A DNA stretch of 64,000 nucleotides from Macrostomum lignano (lineage: Eukaryota). Location of the stretch: contig NIVC01000630.1 in the NCBI GenBank assembly GCA_002269645.1, positions 434,001 to 498,000 on the forward strand. Direction: 5' to 3'. The translations under genes and the position numbers were made by a program. Below are positions 1 to 31,789 of the stretch, piece by piece; positions within the stretch are counted from its first letter, which is position 1; each line of letters begins with the position of its first letter. The notes beneath the pieces were generated by a model. It was given only the letters and a program-made list of their open reading frames with translations, had not been told where the DNA came from and did not search any database.

Positions 1-398
1 CCTCAATCTGTTCCTCTGTTGTGTCTATAGAGTGGAAACCGCCCTTTCCCTCAATCTGTTCCTCTGTTGTGTCTATAGAGTGGAAACCGCCCTTTCCCTC
101 AATCTGTTCCTCTGTTGTGTCTATAGAGTGGAAACCGCCCTTTCCCTCAATCTGTTCCTCTGTGTGTCTATAGAGTGGAAACCGCCCTTTCCCTCAATCT
201 GTTCCTTTCTATGTCTATCGAGTGGAAACCGCCCTTTCCCTCAATCTGTTCCTCTGTTGTGTCTATAGAGTGGAAACCGCCCTTTCCCTCAATCTGTTCC
301 TCTGTTGTGTCTATAGAGTGGAAACCACCCTTTCCCTCAATCTGTTCCTCTGTGTGTCTATAGAGTGGAAACCGCCCTTTCCCTCAATCTGTTCCTCC
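1..398. repeat. 46-48-bp minisatellite (SLC15 intron)
   Basis: Unit cctcaatctgttcctctgttgtgtctatagagtggaaaccgccctttc. Confidence 0.95.
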
Positions 399-439
399 TA
401 AGTTGAACCAATCAAGCGATCCCCGCACTCCCCTCGCAG

Positions 440-2073
440 ATGCAAAGCACCTATCTGCTGCAGGCGGAGCGCATGGACCTCAGCATCGGCACGTTTCGTT
501 TACCAGCCGCCTCGCTGTCTTTGTTCAACTCTTTAGCCATCATCCTGGTGACTCCCCTGCTGGATCTCGTCATCTTCCCACTGATTCGTCGCTTTGCGGC
601 TGTAACCAAGATTTCTCTATTGAAACGAATCGGCCTGGGCTTTGCTCTGGCCATCGTGTCTGTGGTGATTGCCGGATTCTTGGAGATCCAGCGGAAATCC
701 GAACTGAATCGTTCGGGCGGATTCGAGCAGGAACTGTCTGGAAGGACTTATAATGCTTCGAACTTGAATATCCTGCTGCAGGTTTGTGAAATAGTCTGCA
801 ATGCTCCTCATTCATTCCCAGTGAGACAGTCTGCCATTCCCAGTGTGACAGTCTGCCATTCCCAGTGTGACAGTCTGCCATTCCCAGTGTGACAGTCTGC
901 CATTCCCACTGTGACAGTCTGCCATTCCCAGTGTGACAGTCTGCCATTCCCAGTGTGACAGTCTGTCATTCCCACTGTGACAGTCTGCCATTCCCAGTGA
1001 GACAGTCTGTCATTCCCAGTGTGACAGTCTGCCATTCCCAGTGAGACAGTCTGCCATTCCCAGTGTGACAGTCTGCCATTCCCAGTGAGACAGTCTGCCA
1101 TTCCCAGTGTGACAGTCTGCCATTCCCAGTGAGACAGTCTGCCATTCCCAGTGTGACAGTCTGCCATTCCCAGTGTGACAGTCTGCCATTCCCATTGTGA
1201 CAGTCTGCCATTCCCGAATTCCAACAGATTCCGCAGTTTTTCCTGATTGGCACCGGAGAAGTGTTCGCTGCCAGCACCGGCATGGAGCTGGTGTACAACA
1301 ACTGCCCGGACCAGCTCAAGTCCGTCACCATGGGCGTCTACTTGGCTATGAACGGGCTGGGCTCTTATCTTGGCTCATTGCTGGTAGCCATTGTTGGTGC
1401 AGCGACCACCGCTGGTGAGGTTTCACCTGTTAGATAGATGTCTCACCTGTTAAACCGGGATCTCACCTGTTAGACCAGGTTCTCACCTGTTAGACCAGGA
1501 TCTCACCTGTTCGACCAGGATCTCACCTGTTAGACCAGAATCTCACCTGTTATACCAGGATCTCACCTGTTAGACCAGGATCTTACCTGTTAGATTAGGA
1601 CCTCACTTATTAGACCAGGATCTCACCTGTTAGACCAGGGTTTCACCGGTTAGACCAGAATCTCACCTGTTATACCGTAATCTCACCTGTTAGACCAGAA
1701 TCTCACCTGTTATACCGTGATTTCCCCTGTTAGACCAGGATCTCGCAGAAAAATGCTATTCAAAGAATTTAACCTAGCTCGTATTTACTTCAAATCTTCT
1801 TGGTGATTCCCCACACTCTCAGATCCCTGGCTACCAGAGGACATCAACACTGGCCATCTGGAGTACTTCTGCTTTCTGCTTGCCGGCGTTGCTACAGCAT
1901 TTCTGCTGCTATTTCTGCCCCTGTCCCGTTGGTATGACAGAGCCTATCAGCGCACCCTGATGCGAGATAGCGACGTTGCAACGGCCACCTACACGCAATA
2001 CGGTAGTAACGACGAGAATTTGCGATCAAGCGGTTCGGTCACCTTGGTTACGGGCGATTTTAGAAAGGCCTGA
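440..2073 (+). CDS. SLC15/POT (PTR2) proton-coupled oligopeptide transporter, SLC15A4-like; last three coding exons (5' part lies outside the window)
   Basis: Exons 440-781 (cgcag|ATG...CAG|gtttgt, phase 0), 1228-1414 (aacag|ATT...G|gtgagg, phase 1), 1823-2073 (ctcag|AT...TGA). Joined: QSTYLLQAERMDL..LPAASLSLFNSLAIILVTPLLD..LKRIGLG..LEIQRK..LQIPQFFLIGTGEVFAASTGMELVY..CPDQLKS..GSYLGSLLV..WLPEDINTGHLEYFCFLLAG, the typical C-terminal half of a POT/SLC15 transporter. Confidence 0.9.
812..1215. repeat. 20-bp minisatellite (SLC15 intron)
   Basis: Unit gtgacagtctgccattccca. Confidence 0.95.
1420..1745. repeat. 20-bp minisatellite (SLC15 intron)
   Basis: Unit tctcacctgttagaccagga. Confidence 0.95.
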
Positions 2074-2110
2074 CGATTATTTAAATAGTGGGTTTGAAGA
2101 ATGAAACTCA

Positions 2111-2547
2111 AATTGTCACAGATACTAAAATGACTAGATGGGCCACTCAGCACATTTGCGTGTAAACTACTTTCAGTTCAGTAGCTAAGTTAAACAGAAG
2201 CATTTTAATGTATTTTTAAAGCCAATGTTCATTTATAAGTAGGCTACCCCCAGCTTAAACCCTCCAACCGCGCCTTTCCACACTACCCCCCAACCCACCC
2301 CAATTTTTATTGCCCTTCTCGGAATTCCAGCCTAAATCGGCAATGTACATTTCAGTGGGCTGGCTAGTGTACATTATTGCTGAACCAATTAGCAAGACGC
2401 CCGCAAGCTTATCAGTAATTTCAGCTGCCTTTATTTTATAAAATAGCTTATGTACTTTTCTTTGCTACTGAACTGACAGTAGAAAGCTTTTTTACTAAGT
2501 ATATGCCTGAGTGGCCCATCTAGCTATTTTTAGTATCTGTGGAAATT
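2111..2547. mobile_element. MITE-like element with about 80-bp imperfect terminal inverted repeats
   Basis: Left arm aattgtcacagatactaaaatgactagatgggccactcag..tttcagttcagtagc is the reverse complement of right arm gctactgaactgacag..ctgagtggcccatctagctatttttagtatctgtggaaatt. No ORF; TSD not resolved. Confidence 0.65.
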
Positions 2548-3019
2548 GTTTATCGGTCGTGTCTGGTTTTTTGGCGTAAATTTGAATTGGATATTAGTTG
2601 AACAAACGACAAAATTACGTTTCGAATCGTGTCATACCTACATTGCATATATTCTGAGTTCATCTTAAATAACACTGATTTCTGGGCATTGCTTGTTTTA
2701 ATTGTACTTACAGTAGTACGGCACAGAGTCACAGAAGATGAACATATATGTAATTCTTGACAAAGTTGTGGGTATAAATATTTCTTGATTGTTTTATATT
2801 CAGCATATTTGGTATTTTTGCTTTTTCGTGAATAGTTCTTTGCAACCTTCAAAATTCATTTAAAACTACGTGCTTTGTAATTAGTTTTTGCACAACAATT
2901 GCTCATTTTATAAATTACACTGTTAGCATGACTTATTTGTTATTAGTGTTGCTTGTTCTGAGTTATATTTCGAAATTTTAGTTCGCGTAAATTTTGGGCC
3001 AACCGTCAGCCTACACAGC

Positions 3020-3360
3020 GAACAATGTACACTCAATCCTCGTTTCAACCCCAGCCCAAACTCCTTCCCCGACAATGTACACTCACTCCCCATTTCAACC
3101 CCCAGCCCAAGCTCCTTCCCCGGCAATGTACACTCACTCCCCATTTCAACCCCAGCCCAAGCTCCTTCCCCGACAATGTACACTCACTCCCCATTTCAAC
3201 CCCAGCCCAAGCTCCTTCCCCGACAATGTACACTCACTCCCCATTTCAACCCCCAGCCCAAGCACATTCCCCGACAATGTACACTCACTCCCCATTTCAA
3301 CCCCCAGCCCAATCACATTCCCCGACAATGTACACTCACTCCCCTTATCAACCCTCAGCC
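3020..3360. repeat. 50-51-bp minisatellite (intergenic)
   Basis: Unit cgacaatgtacactcactccccatttcaaccccagcccaagctccttccc. Confidence 0.93.
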
Positions 3361-4094
3361 CAAGCAGTAGTCTATCACGTCTATGACCCTAATCCCTCTC
3401 CTATTTTAAAGTACGTCACGACCTATCATATTTACGATTGACTGATCGATATTTTTGTTGGCAAACAGAGTCCATTTTAACAATCAACCAAGTTTTATTG
3501 CCTTAAAAAGATTTATCCGATAAATTTCACGCGCCTAGACTTAATTAACTAAACTATTGTAACAAAAACATTTTGCGCCTTTTATAAACTTTTTGCCTAT
3601 ATTTCAGATCATAGAGCTATAATGCATTCCTATTTTGCTCTAGAGGAACCAGTCATTCGATTTGGCTTTTTGACAATCACTTTCTTCTTTCAACGAATTC
3701 GGCCTTCCATTTTATGCAATCAAATTTAACTATAAGATGTTTTTAAACATTTTGTATAAGTATTAATAATTTAAATAAATAGTGACAGAGTTCTTGTGAA
3801 CAGTTACCAACCAACTGAGGTTAGAAATTCAACGATTTTTTATAGAAATGACATTCTACCTACTTTAAGTAGGAGCCTTAATGCAGATTCAGTTTTTTTA
3901 ATAAATCAAACAATAATACTTATTGTAGGCCAAAAATTCAATTTATGGTTAATCAAAAAACTTTACGCATTGGTTGTAGGTAAAACTTAAAGTGCATTGA
4001 AAGTATTGTACATTTGTAATGGTAATAATTAGCAATCTCGCAACAGCTTTCAAAATGGTTGTATGCTTCGGTGTGAATTACCGCTTACAATTCA

Positions 4095-5295
4095 GGACCT
4101 TTATGACCTTCAATAGGTCACTGATATCCTTCAGGACCTTCAGTAGGTCATGGATATCCTTCAGAAACCTTCAATAGGTCATGGATATCCTTCAGAAACC
4201 TTCATTAGGTCACTGATATCCTTCAGAAACCTTCATTAGGTCACTGATATCCTTCAGAAACCTTCATTAGGTCACTGATATCCTTCAGGACCTTCAATAG
4301 GTCTTGGATATCCTTCAGAAACCTTCATTAGGTCACTGATATCCTTCAGAAACCTTCATTAGGTCACTGATATCCTTCAGAAACCTTCATTAGGTCACTG
4401 ATATCCTTCAGAAATCTTCATTAGGTCACTGATATCCTTCAGAAATCTTCATTAGGTCACTGATATCCTTCAGAAACCTTCATTAGGTCACTGATATCCT
4501 TCAGAAATCTTCATTAGGTCACTGATATCCTTCAGAAACCTTCATTAGGTCACTGATATCCTTCAGAAACCTTCATTAGGTCACTGATATCCTTCAGAAA
4601 CCTTCATTAGGTCACTGATATCCTTCAGAAACCTTCATTAGGTCACTGATATCCTTCAGAAACCTTCATTAGGTCACTGATATCCTTCAGAAACCTTCAT
4701 TAGGTCACTGATATCCTTCAGAAACCTTCATTAGGTCACTGATATCCTTCAGAAACCTTCATTAGGTCACTGATATCCTTCAGAAACCTTCATTAGGTCA
4801 CTGATATCCTTCAGAAACCTTCATTAGGTCACTGATATCCTTCAGAAACCTTCATTAGGTCACTGATATCCTTCAGAAACCTTCATTAGGTCACTGATAT
4901 CCTTCAGAAATCTTCATTAGGTCACTGATATCCTTCAGAAACCTTCATTAGGTCACTGATATCCTTCAGAAATCTTCATTAGGTCACTGATATCCTTCAG
5001 AAACCTTCATTAGGTCACTGATATCCTTCAGAAACCTTCATTAGGTCACTGATATCCTTCAGAAACCTTCATTAGGTCACTGATATCCTTCAGAAACCTT
5101 CATTAGGTCACTGATATCCTTCAGAAACCTTCATTAGGTCACTGATATCCTTCAGAAACCTTCATTAGGTCACTGATATCCTTCAGAAACCTTCATTAGG
5201 TCACTGATATCCTTCAGAAACCTTCATTAGGTCACTGATATCCTTAGACCTTCAGCAAGTCACTGATATCCTTCAGACCTTCAGTAGGTTACTGA
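4095..5295. repeat. 31-bp minisatellite (intergenic or 3' region)
   Basis: Unit aggtcactgatatccttcagaaaccttcatt, highly homogeneous, degenerate at both ends. Confidence 0.96.
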
Positions 5296-5421
5296 TCGAC
5301 CACTAACTCATGACTGCATCATATGTTAACAGATACAGACTGTTTACATATTCTACTGTAGGTAAGTCCGCAAACATAATTAGAGTCGAGCAATGTGAAG
5401 ATCGGGAGCCATTCGATTTCT

Positions 5422-11698
<6,277 letters not shown>

Positions 11699-12419
11699 CT
11701 GAAATGTTTCACAGAGTGCGGTGGGATTATTGAGTGGCAGGATGGGATCAAGAAGCTACATGGTGGTGTACAGCGGTCCTTTGACTTTCAACTCGTCAAG
11801 AAGGTACATTCCCTGTGCCTTGAGGTTTGGACCCAATTTTCGTTTACCAACAGCAACTCCAAATGAATAATGTGTTTCATTCAGAAGTAATCAATACTTC
11901 AAGGCAGTATGAGTTAATGCCAAGTAGCTACAGAACTGCAGAACTTACCAATAGTAGATGTTCTGTAGCGAGATATGCTTTAAGAATTGTAGCTTAAGTC
12001 GGGATTCAGCCTTGCTGATGCGGCTTTCACCTGCTTATTATGTTAAGTATCTAAAACTTCGGTAGATATTTTCTCACGAGTGCCAGCGGGGTGTCGTCTT
12101 GAACGTACGGCATTCACCCTACAGTATTATATTCTTCTGTGCAAAGCATCTGGCAATGTTCATAGCAGTGTGACTGTCTGTCTCTTCTATCCAAGTGCCC
12201 CAAGTACAAAAGACAGCATCACACATTTTATTGGGCGGGCCGTGATGTTTGAAAATTACCAACTTGGTTTGGAAACCATTTGATGTGTAGAAACTTTGTT
12301 TTATAAACAGAACAGCTGATAGTTTTATAGCGAAATAGACAGTTTTATTCTGTAAAATTTTGGCTGCAATTCAGACTGGAGCAGGGTCAGGATTGCTCAT
12401 TGTGATGGGGCTCTATAGG

Positions 12420-13090
12420 GCGAGAGGAAGCGAGGGCAGAGGAAGACAGGAGAGAGGGAGAGAGGGAGAGAGGAGAGAAGAGAGAGGGGAGAGGAGAGAA
12501 GGAGAGAGGAGAGAGGAGAGAGGGATCAGAGAGAGGGAGAGAGGGAGAGAGGGAGAGAGGAGAGAAGAGAGAGGGGAGAGGAGAGAAGGAGAGAGGAGAG
12601 AGGAGAGAGGGATCAGAGAGAGGGAGAGAGGGAGAGAGGGAGAGAGGAGAGAAGAGAGAGGGGAGAGGAGAGAGGGAGAGAGGAGAGAGGAGAGAAGAGA
12701 GAGGGGAGAGGAGAGAGGGAGAGAGGGAGAGAGGAGAGAAGAGAGAGGGGAGAGGAGAGAGGGAGAGAGGGAGAGAGGGATGGAGGGAGAGAGGAGAGAG
12801 GAGAGAGGAGAGAGAAATCAGAGAGAGGGAGAGAGGGAGAGAGGAGAGAAAGAGAGGAGAGAAAGAGAGGGGAGAGAGGAGAGAAAGAGAGGAGAGAAAG
12901 AGAGGGGAGAGGAAGAGAGGGGAGAGGAAGAGAGGGGAGAGGAAGAGAGGGGAGAGGAGAGAGGAGAGAGGGATCAGAGAGAGGGAGGGAGGGAGAGAGG
13001 AGAGAAAGAGAGGGGAGAGGAAGAGAGGGGAGAGGAAGAGAGGGGAGAGGAAGAGAGGGGAGAGGAAGAGAGGGGAGAGGAGAGAGTAAG
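12420..13090. repeat. Polypurine (GA-rich) tract
   Basis: Almost exclusively G/A on the + strand. Confidence 0.95.
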
Positions 13091-13691
13091 GGAGATTTGG
13101 TAAGTAGGATATCAGCCGCTGGTAAACTGCCATCATTTTCATAGAAAAGAAAACAAAGAATTTATAGATCTCATACAGAATTATTCTCATCTCCCCAGCC
13201 CAGATGCTGTGTACCCGATGTGCCCCATGGCCTGCAGTTGTCAGACAGACAATCTGAAATCTGCATGCAGAGCAGGAATGTGCGTTATTTAAGTTTTTAA
13301 AACAAAAGACAAACCACTTGCAGCCCCCCCCCCCAGCGCTGCCGTAGGTCGGGTCGTCATGGTACTTTGTGACAACACATCTGAGTAGCCGCGGCTAACT
13401 CCGAGAAGCGTCATCGCGCTCTGGCTTGTTGTAAAACTTTTTATTATTATTTAATAAAACACAATCCTTAGTTGACTAAATTATTGATCTATAAACTCCA
13501 CAGTCAGAGCACTCTGTGCAATCTTCATCATCCCGCTTCCAAACTAAGTGCGCTTGCTGATCTTTTGGCTAAGAGAGAATTGGCGAAATTCTGCACCGAG
13601 TCGATGAGTAACTGGATGCCCGGCATCATTTTCCGGTTGGATGGACCGCCTGCTCAGGGCCCCTTGTCTGGTCTGGATATGGGTTATCGAT

Positions 13692-14165
<474 letters not shown>

Positions 14166-15329
14166 AAAGCTAGAGAAACTCACCGGCATATTACCAATGC
14201 TTCCAATATCTGACCAAGTAAAGCCGCTCAGGTCCAGTAGGTCAGCTCACACAGAGCAGTGAGTAATCAGTGTGTCCACAACTGCAAAGAACGTATTTCC
14301 ATACACTTATTGAACGCTACGAAACAAATTCTTTCTTAAAGAACTGGTCGCATAGCTTACTGCTGGGTTGTGTAGAAGTTTATTATAATCTTATCAAACC
14401 GAAGCCGCATAGCAGCCCAGCCACATACGTGCACACGCAAAAGCTACATTGCTAATAGTTAGTTATATTAGCTAAAGCGCTCGGCCACACCCGCCTTCTC
14501 CCCTGGATCAGCCAACCAGAAGCTGCGTCCGCGGCCCCCAACTGTCCTGTCCGGTCCAACCCAGTCAGTGTACCGCATGTGCACGTTGTGCGGCCAATGT
14601 TTATGGAAGTTTGAGAAAAGACACAAACCTTGAGCAGTTGCTACAGATTGTGAAGTTTGAAGGAACCAAACAGCCGGACAGAGAGGCTTCGGCTTCGGTG
14701 TACAGGCGTGTACAGTGTGTCAGTGTGAATTCAGTGTCCGCAAAGGCAGCTAAACCTACCAAAAAAGCAGACAACCCGTGCAGGAACCGAGCCCTAGCTG
14801 GGGAACGAAATTTTTTTAAAAAGCCGCAACATGCAGACATGCACTCTTGCTATCTACTTCACTGTGCCTAAAGTACACATCTATAGTGTAACAATATTTT
14901 AATGGTGAACCCCCCCCCCATTTCAAGCATTCAGAGTCGAGTACTTTAGTCGGCTAATCTGCTCACAACTGTAGTCACGAGAGTAATCTAGTATTAGTGG
15001 CTTTTCCTCAGCTCGGGGTTAGGGCCAATCCTGCTGAAGCCATATGCGCTATTGGGCGTTGGCCATGAGCGAGACGGACACGTTATCTCATCCTGTTTAA
15101 TCCCTGTGACTGCATGCAGGAACAGTTCATAATGGGAATATTTAGGAGATCTGGAAAGATAAGGGCAGACCTAGAAGGGCGTTTCCTGGCTCTGTCCGCT
15201 AAAGGGACTGACTGCGATTAGATGGGCGGCCTTCTGGCTGTCAGTTTTAATATAATCATTATTTCTATGAGACTAATTCAATCAGCTAGATAAACACTAT
15301 TTAAGCTAAGAAACGTAATAGAAAACAAA

Positions 15330-15960
<631 letters not shown>

Positions 15961-17029
15961 CAAACAAAAAATTTAGATGCATATTTGCAAAAGAATTTTC
16001 TTTTGCCATTTTGCGTCGCATTGTTGTGTGATTCGAGCCAGCTGGTTTTGGTTACAAATTTCTTTTGAAGCTAAAAGCCAAATATAGATTACATAATCAG
16101 CTGATATTCCGACATTCATTTAAGCTTAGTAACTAGAAATTTTCGGTCCCTAGCTTGCAAATAATCGCAGCTGTAAATGACGCACGGCAGATAAATTTTG
16201 GAAGGCATTTTTCCAGAGAATTAATTGACAGGTAAGTCAGGTGTAACTAGAAGCGTCGTGGTCACCCAATCTCAACTAGTTCTAACACTAGGGCCCCTTC
16301 TTTTATCACACTCTTATACGCGAAAGCAGATTCTGCAGCAATTAGTCTTTGGCAAGCTGCAACGCGAAGTTTCGTCACTCGCGCTTCCCACCCACCCCCC
16401 TCCCCTCCCGCCCGGTTCCTGACGAGTGAGTCACCGACACAGTCTGCAACTGGCCTTCTTGCTTCAGCTGCCAGCCTGTAGCTTGTCAGTTCTGTTTCAC
16501 AAGCTGGGAGTGCGACAGATCTGCTATGCGTCGGATTTTATGAAAATCTGTCCATTCGGCAGACTATACGCACTCAAACACACGCTCACGCAGGGTGTAC
16601 TTTCGAATCGTCAATGCATGTACACTCTCGTGTCTGTGAACAGCAAGACAACCCCCTACGGGCCGCCAATTTTCGAGCACACAAACCCAACGGAATCAAA
16701 CCAGAGGAATAAGGCTGCTCTGTCATACTGAAGCTATGAAGTCTGAAAATTCCTGGGACTGAAGGACACCCGCCGTTGCTTAGTCACTCGGAGGCAAAGT
16801 TGATTGCATGGCGCTGACACCGCGATAGTCATGCTGGCAGAGGCGCAGCTGCCGCGCCTGTCTGCTGTTCGTCTTTCTGTCGGGCTTGGGCTGAGGTCGA
16901 ACTGTATCGATTGAAAATAGCAGCAACCTGGCTTCCTTGTTTTGGAGCGGGGAGCGGGGAGGGGACCAGCTATTGGACAGAGAAGTTGCTGAACTTGGTG
17001 CTAGGCTTTCTGTCTGTTGTCTCTGTGTG

Positions 17030-17520
17030 CTCCCACTCTCCCCATTTCTCCTTCTCCCTGTCCCTCTCCGTCTCACCTTCTGCTTATATCACTCCCTCTC
17101 CCTCTCCTCTTCTCAACCTCCCCCCTCCACACCCTCCCTCTACCTCTCCTCTTCATTCCTTTCATCTACCTCTCCTTTTCTCACCCTCCCTCTCCCTCTC
17201 CTCTTCTCACTCTCTCCCCTCCACACCCTCCCTCTCCCTCTCCTCTTCTCACCCTCTCTCTTCCCTCCACCACCATCCCTCTACTTCTCCTTTTCTAACC
17301 CTCCCTCTACCTCTCCTCTACTCACTCTCCCTCTCCCCTCTTTTCACCCCCCTCTCCTCTTCTCACCCTCTCCTCTTCTCACCCTCTCCTCTTCTCACCC
17401 TCTCCTCTTCTCACCCTCTCCTCTTCTCACCCTCTCCTCTTCTCACCCTCTGTCTCTCCCTCCTCTTTTCATCCTCCCTCTACCTCTCCTCTTCTCACCC
17501 TCTCTCTCCCTCCCTCTTCT
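17030..17520. repeat. Polypyrimidine (CT-rich) tract with 19-bp sub-repeat
   Basis: tctcctcttctcaccc-type units. Confidence 0.9.
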
Positions 17521-17978
17521 CGTTTCCCATCATCCTTTCCTGCTTCTATTATTTAAAAAGTTCACTTTTTGAATTAAAGATACATAATAAACAAAAAGCT
17601 CGCGAACTGAATGATCCCGAAAATTTCATCCTTACTTTTATTAATGTACGAGCGGAATATTGCAAAAACATAACGAACGGACTGGAGATTATAGTTATAA
17701 AATGTCTTTAAACTACTTGTGCGTCTACTAATAGTAAAAAAGTCAATAAATAATTCCGTTTTTATTTTTTTAAAGTCGTTATCAACACAGTTATAAAAAT
17801 GGCGTTGTGCAAGCATCCATTGGAGGAAGCATACGAATTTGAGTTGGTTTACAATATAAAACCGCCATGTTTAAAGGTTATATCTACTTTTTGTTAAAAA
17901 AATAACTGAAAAACATCTAGAATAACGCAATAAATTGGGTTCATTCAAAGTATTTTTTAAAACCAATAAAAGCCTTTT

Positions 17979-28276
<10,298 letters not shown>

Positions 28277-28499
28277 GCTGGAGCTTGGGGAATTTCAAAG
28301 CTGAGGCGCTGTCCGTTCGCCTGCAGCGTTTAGAAAGTGGATATTTTAGTCACTGTTATTTAGAAGATACATGTAAAATGTACGTACATTAAAATATTGA
28401 ATGACTTGTGCAGGACAAGGGAAGAATATGAGAATAGCATGAAAAAAGATACTGAGAAAGAGTGAATAAGAAATTGAGGAAAACCCAAAAATGACAACA

Positions 28500-31295
28500 G
28501 GGATACGAAGGGAGACTCAAGGGAGACACGAGAGACACTCAAGAGAGACACGAGGGAGACTCAAGAGAGACACGAGGGAGACTCAAGGGAGACACGAGGG
28601 AGACTCAAGGGAGACACGAGAGACACTCAAGAGAGACACGAGGGAGACTCAAGGGAGACACGAGGGAGACTCAAGAGAGACACGAGGGAGACTCAAGGGA
28701 GACACGAGAGACACTCAAGAGAGACACGAGGGAGACTCAAGGGAGACACGAGAGACACTCAAGAGAGACACGAGGGAGACTCAAGAGAGACACGAGGGAG
28801 ACTCAAGGGAGACACGAGGGAGACTCAAGGGAGACACGAGAGACACTCAAGAGAGACACGAGGGAGACTCAAGGGAGACACGAGGGAGACTCAAGAGAGA
28901 CACGAGGGAGACTCAAGGGAGACACGAGAGACACTCAAGAGAGACACGAGGGAGACTCAAGGGAGACACGAGAGACACTCAAGAGAGACACGAGAGACAC
29001 TCAAGAGAGACACAAGGGAGACTCAAGAGAGACACAAGGGAGACTCAAGAGAGACACAAGGGAGACTCAAGAGAGACACAAGGGAGACTCAGAGAGACAC
29101 GAGGGAGACTCAGAGAGACACGAGGGAGACTCAGAGAGACACGAGGGAGACTCAGAGAGACATGAGGGAGACTCAGAGAGACACGAGGGAGACTCAGAGA
29201 GACACGAGGGAGACTCAAGAGAGACATTAGAAAAAGACTCAAGGGAGACACGAGGGAGACTCAAGGGAGACACGAGGGAGACTCAGAGAGACACGAGGGA
29301 GACTCAAGAGAGACACGAGGGAGACTCAGAGAGACACAAGGGAGACTCAAGAGAGACACAAGGGAGACTCAAGAGAGACACGAGGGAGACTCAGAGAGAC
29401 ACGAGGGAGACTCAGAGAGACATGAGGGAGACTCAGAGAGACACAAGGGAGACTCAAGAGAGACACGAGGGAGACTCAAGAGAGACACGAGGGAGACTCA
29501 AGAGAGACACGAGGGAGACTCAGAGAGACACGAGGGAGACTCAGAGAGACACGAGGGAGACTCAGAGAGACACGAGGGAGACTCAAGGGAGACACGAGAG
29601 ACACTCAAGAGAGACACGAGGGAGACTCAAGGGAGACACGAGGGAGACTCAAGAGAGACACGAGGGAGACTCAAGGGAGACACGAGAGACACTCAAGAGA
29701 GACACGAGGGAGACTCAAGGGAGACACGAGAGACACTCAAGAGAGACACGAGGGAGACTCAAGAGAGACACAAGGGAGACTCAAGAGAGACACAAGGGAG
29801 ACTCAAGAGAGACACAAGGGAGACTCAAGAGAGACACGAGGGAGACTCAGAGAGACACGAGGGAGACTCAGAGAGACACGAGGGAGACTCAGAGAGACAC
29901 GAGGGAGACTCAGAGAGACATGAGGGAGACTCAGAGAGACACGAGGGAGACTCAGAGAGACACGAGGGAGACTCAAGAGAGACATTAGAAAAAGACTCAA
30001 GGGAGACACGAGGGAGACTCAAGGGAGACACGAGGGAGACTCAAGGGAGACACGAGGGAGACTCAAGAGAGACACGAGGGAGACTCAGAGAGACACAAGG
30101 GAGACTCAAGAGAGACACAAGGGAGACTCAAGAGAGACACGAGGGAGACTCAGAGAGACACGAGGGAGACTCAGAGAGACATGAGGGAGACTCAGAGAGA
30201 CACAAGGGAGACTCAAGAGAGACACGAGGGAGACTCAAGAGAGACACGAGGGAGACTCAAGAGAGACACGAGGGAGACTCAGAGAGACACGAGGGAGACT
30301 CAGAGAGACACGAGGGAGACTCAGAGAGACACGAGGGAGACTCAGAGAGACACGAGGGAGACTCAAGGGAGACACGAGAGACACTCAAGAGAGACACGAG
30401 GGAGACTCAAGGGAGACACGAGGGAGACTCAAGAGAGACACGAGGGAGACTCAAGGGAGACACGAGAGACACTCAAGAGAGACACGAGGGAGACTCAAGA
30501 GAGACACGAGGGAGACTCAAGAGAGACACGAGGGAGACTCAAGAGAGACACAAGGGAGACTCAAGAGAGACACAAGGGAGACTCAGAGAGACACGAGGGA
30601 GACTCAGAGAGACACGAGGGAGACTCAAGAGAGACATTAGAAAAAGACTCAAGGGAGACACGAGGGAGACTCAAGAGAGACACGAGGGAGACTCAAGGGA
30701 GACACGAGGGAGACTCAGAGAGACACGAGGGAGACTCAGAGAGACACAAGGGAGACTCAAGAGAGACACAAGGGAGACTCAAGAGAGACACGAGGGAGAC
30801 TCAGAGAGACACGAGGGAGACTCAGAGAGACATGAGGGAGACTCAGAGAGACACAAGGGAGACTCAAGAGAGACACGAGGGAGACTCAAGAGAGACACGA
30901 GGGAGACTCAGAGAGACACGAGGGAGACTCAGAGAGACACGAGGGAGACTCAGAGAGACACGAGGGAGACTCAAGAGAGACACGAGGGAGACTCAGAGAG
31001 ACACGAGGGAGACTCAGAGAGACACGAGGGAGACTCAAGAGAGACACGAGGGAGACTCAAGAGAGACACGAGGGAGACTCAAGAGAGACACGAGGGAGAC
31101 TCAGAGAGACACGAGGGAGACTCAGAGAGACACGAGGGAGACTCAAGAGAGACACGAGGGAGACTCAGAGAGACACGAGGGAGATTCAGAGAGACACGAG
31201 GGAGACTCAGAGAGACACGAGAAAAAGACTCAAGGGAGACACGAGGGAGACTCAAGAGAGACATGAGAAAAAGACTCACAGACACGAGGGAGACT
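28500..31295. repeat. About 2.8-kb purine-rich 21-23-bp satellite with higher-order blocks
   Basis: Unit gagagacacgagggagactca(a); marker cattagaaaaag at 29225, 29983 and 30635. Confidence 0.96.
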
Positions 31296-31789
31296 CCAGT
31301 TTATAAAGTTTAAATTGGATACAAAAAGAAGCAAAGAATTCAATTGTCTCACCAAAGGTGCCGCAGCAAATATTTAAAAAATTTCCCTCAAGAAAAAGCT
31401 CAGCAAAGGATCGGCCAGCAAGTTGCCGGGCCCGCTTATCTATTAATACGAGGCCTTCAACCAATAGGAGAAGGATTTGCACCCACCATCTCAACTTATA
31501 CTCAAGTATACAGACCAGCTCACTGCTAAGCACGGAATCTTCCGATCCCATGCAGCCTCCTCACAAGGCGCAGTTCCTTCATCCGTGGAGTTGTCATGAC
31601 AACGAATTGCTCAGTCAATGCGCGCTAAGTGCACTGATTATATTTCACCCTGTGGCTGCCAGGGAGTTCTTAAATTATAGATATCTGGACTGGCCACGCG
31701 CGTGGACTGTTAAACATAGAGTCGGTTTGGAAAACACGAATCGTCTGTTTAACCTGACTCGGACTGTTGGATGAGAAATATGCAGAATC

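Noticed and set aside
31358-31774. 138-aa ORF, and similar unique-sequence ORFs at 14611-14871, 16780-17076, 41155-41487, 60372-60611, 61850-62362
   Set aside because: No recognisable motifs, convincing splice context or coding-like composition; cannot be supported without a database search.
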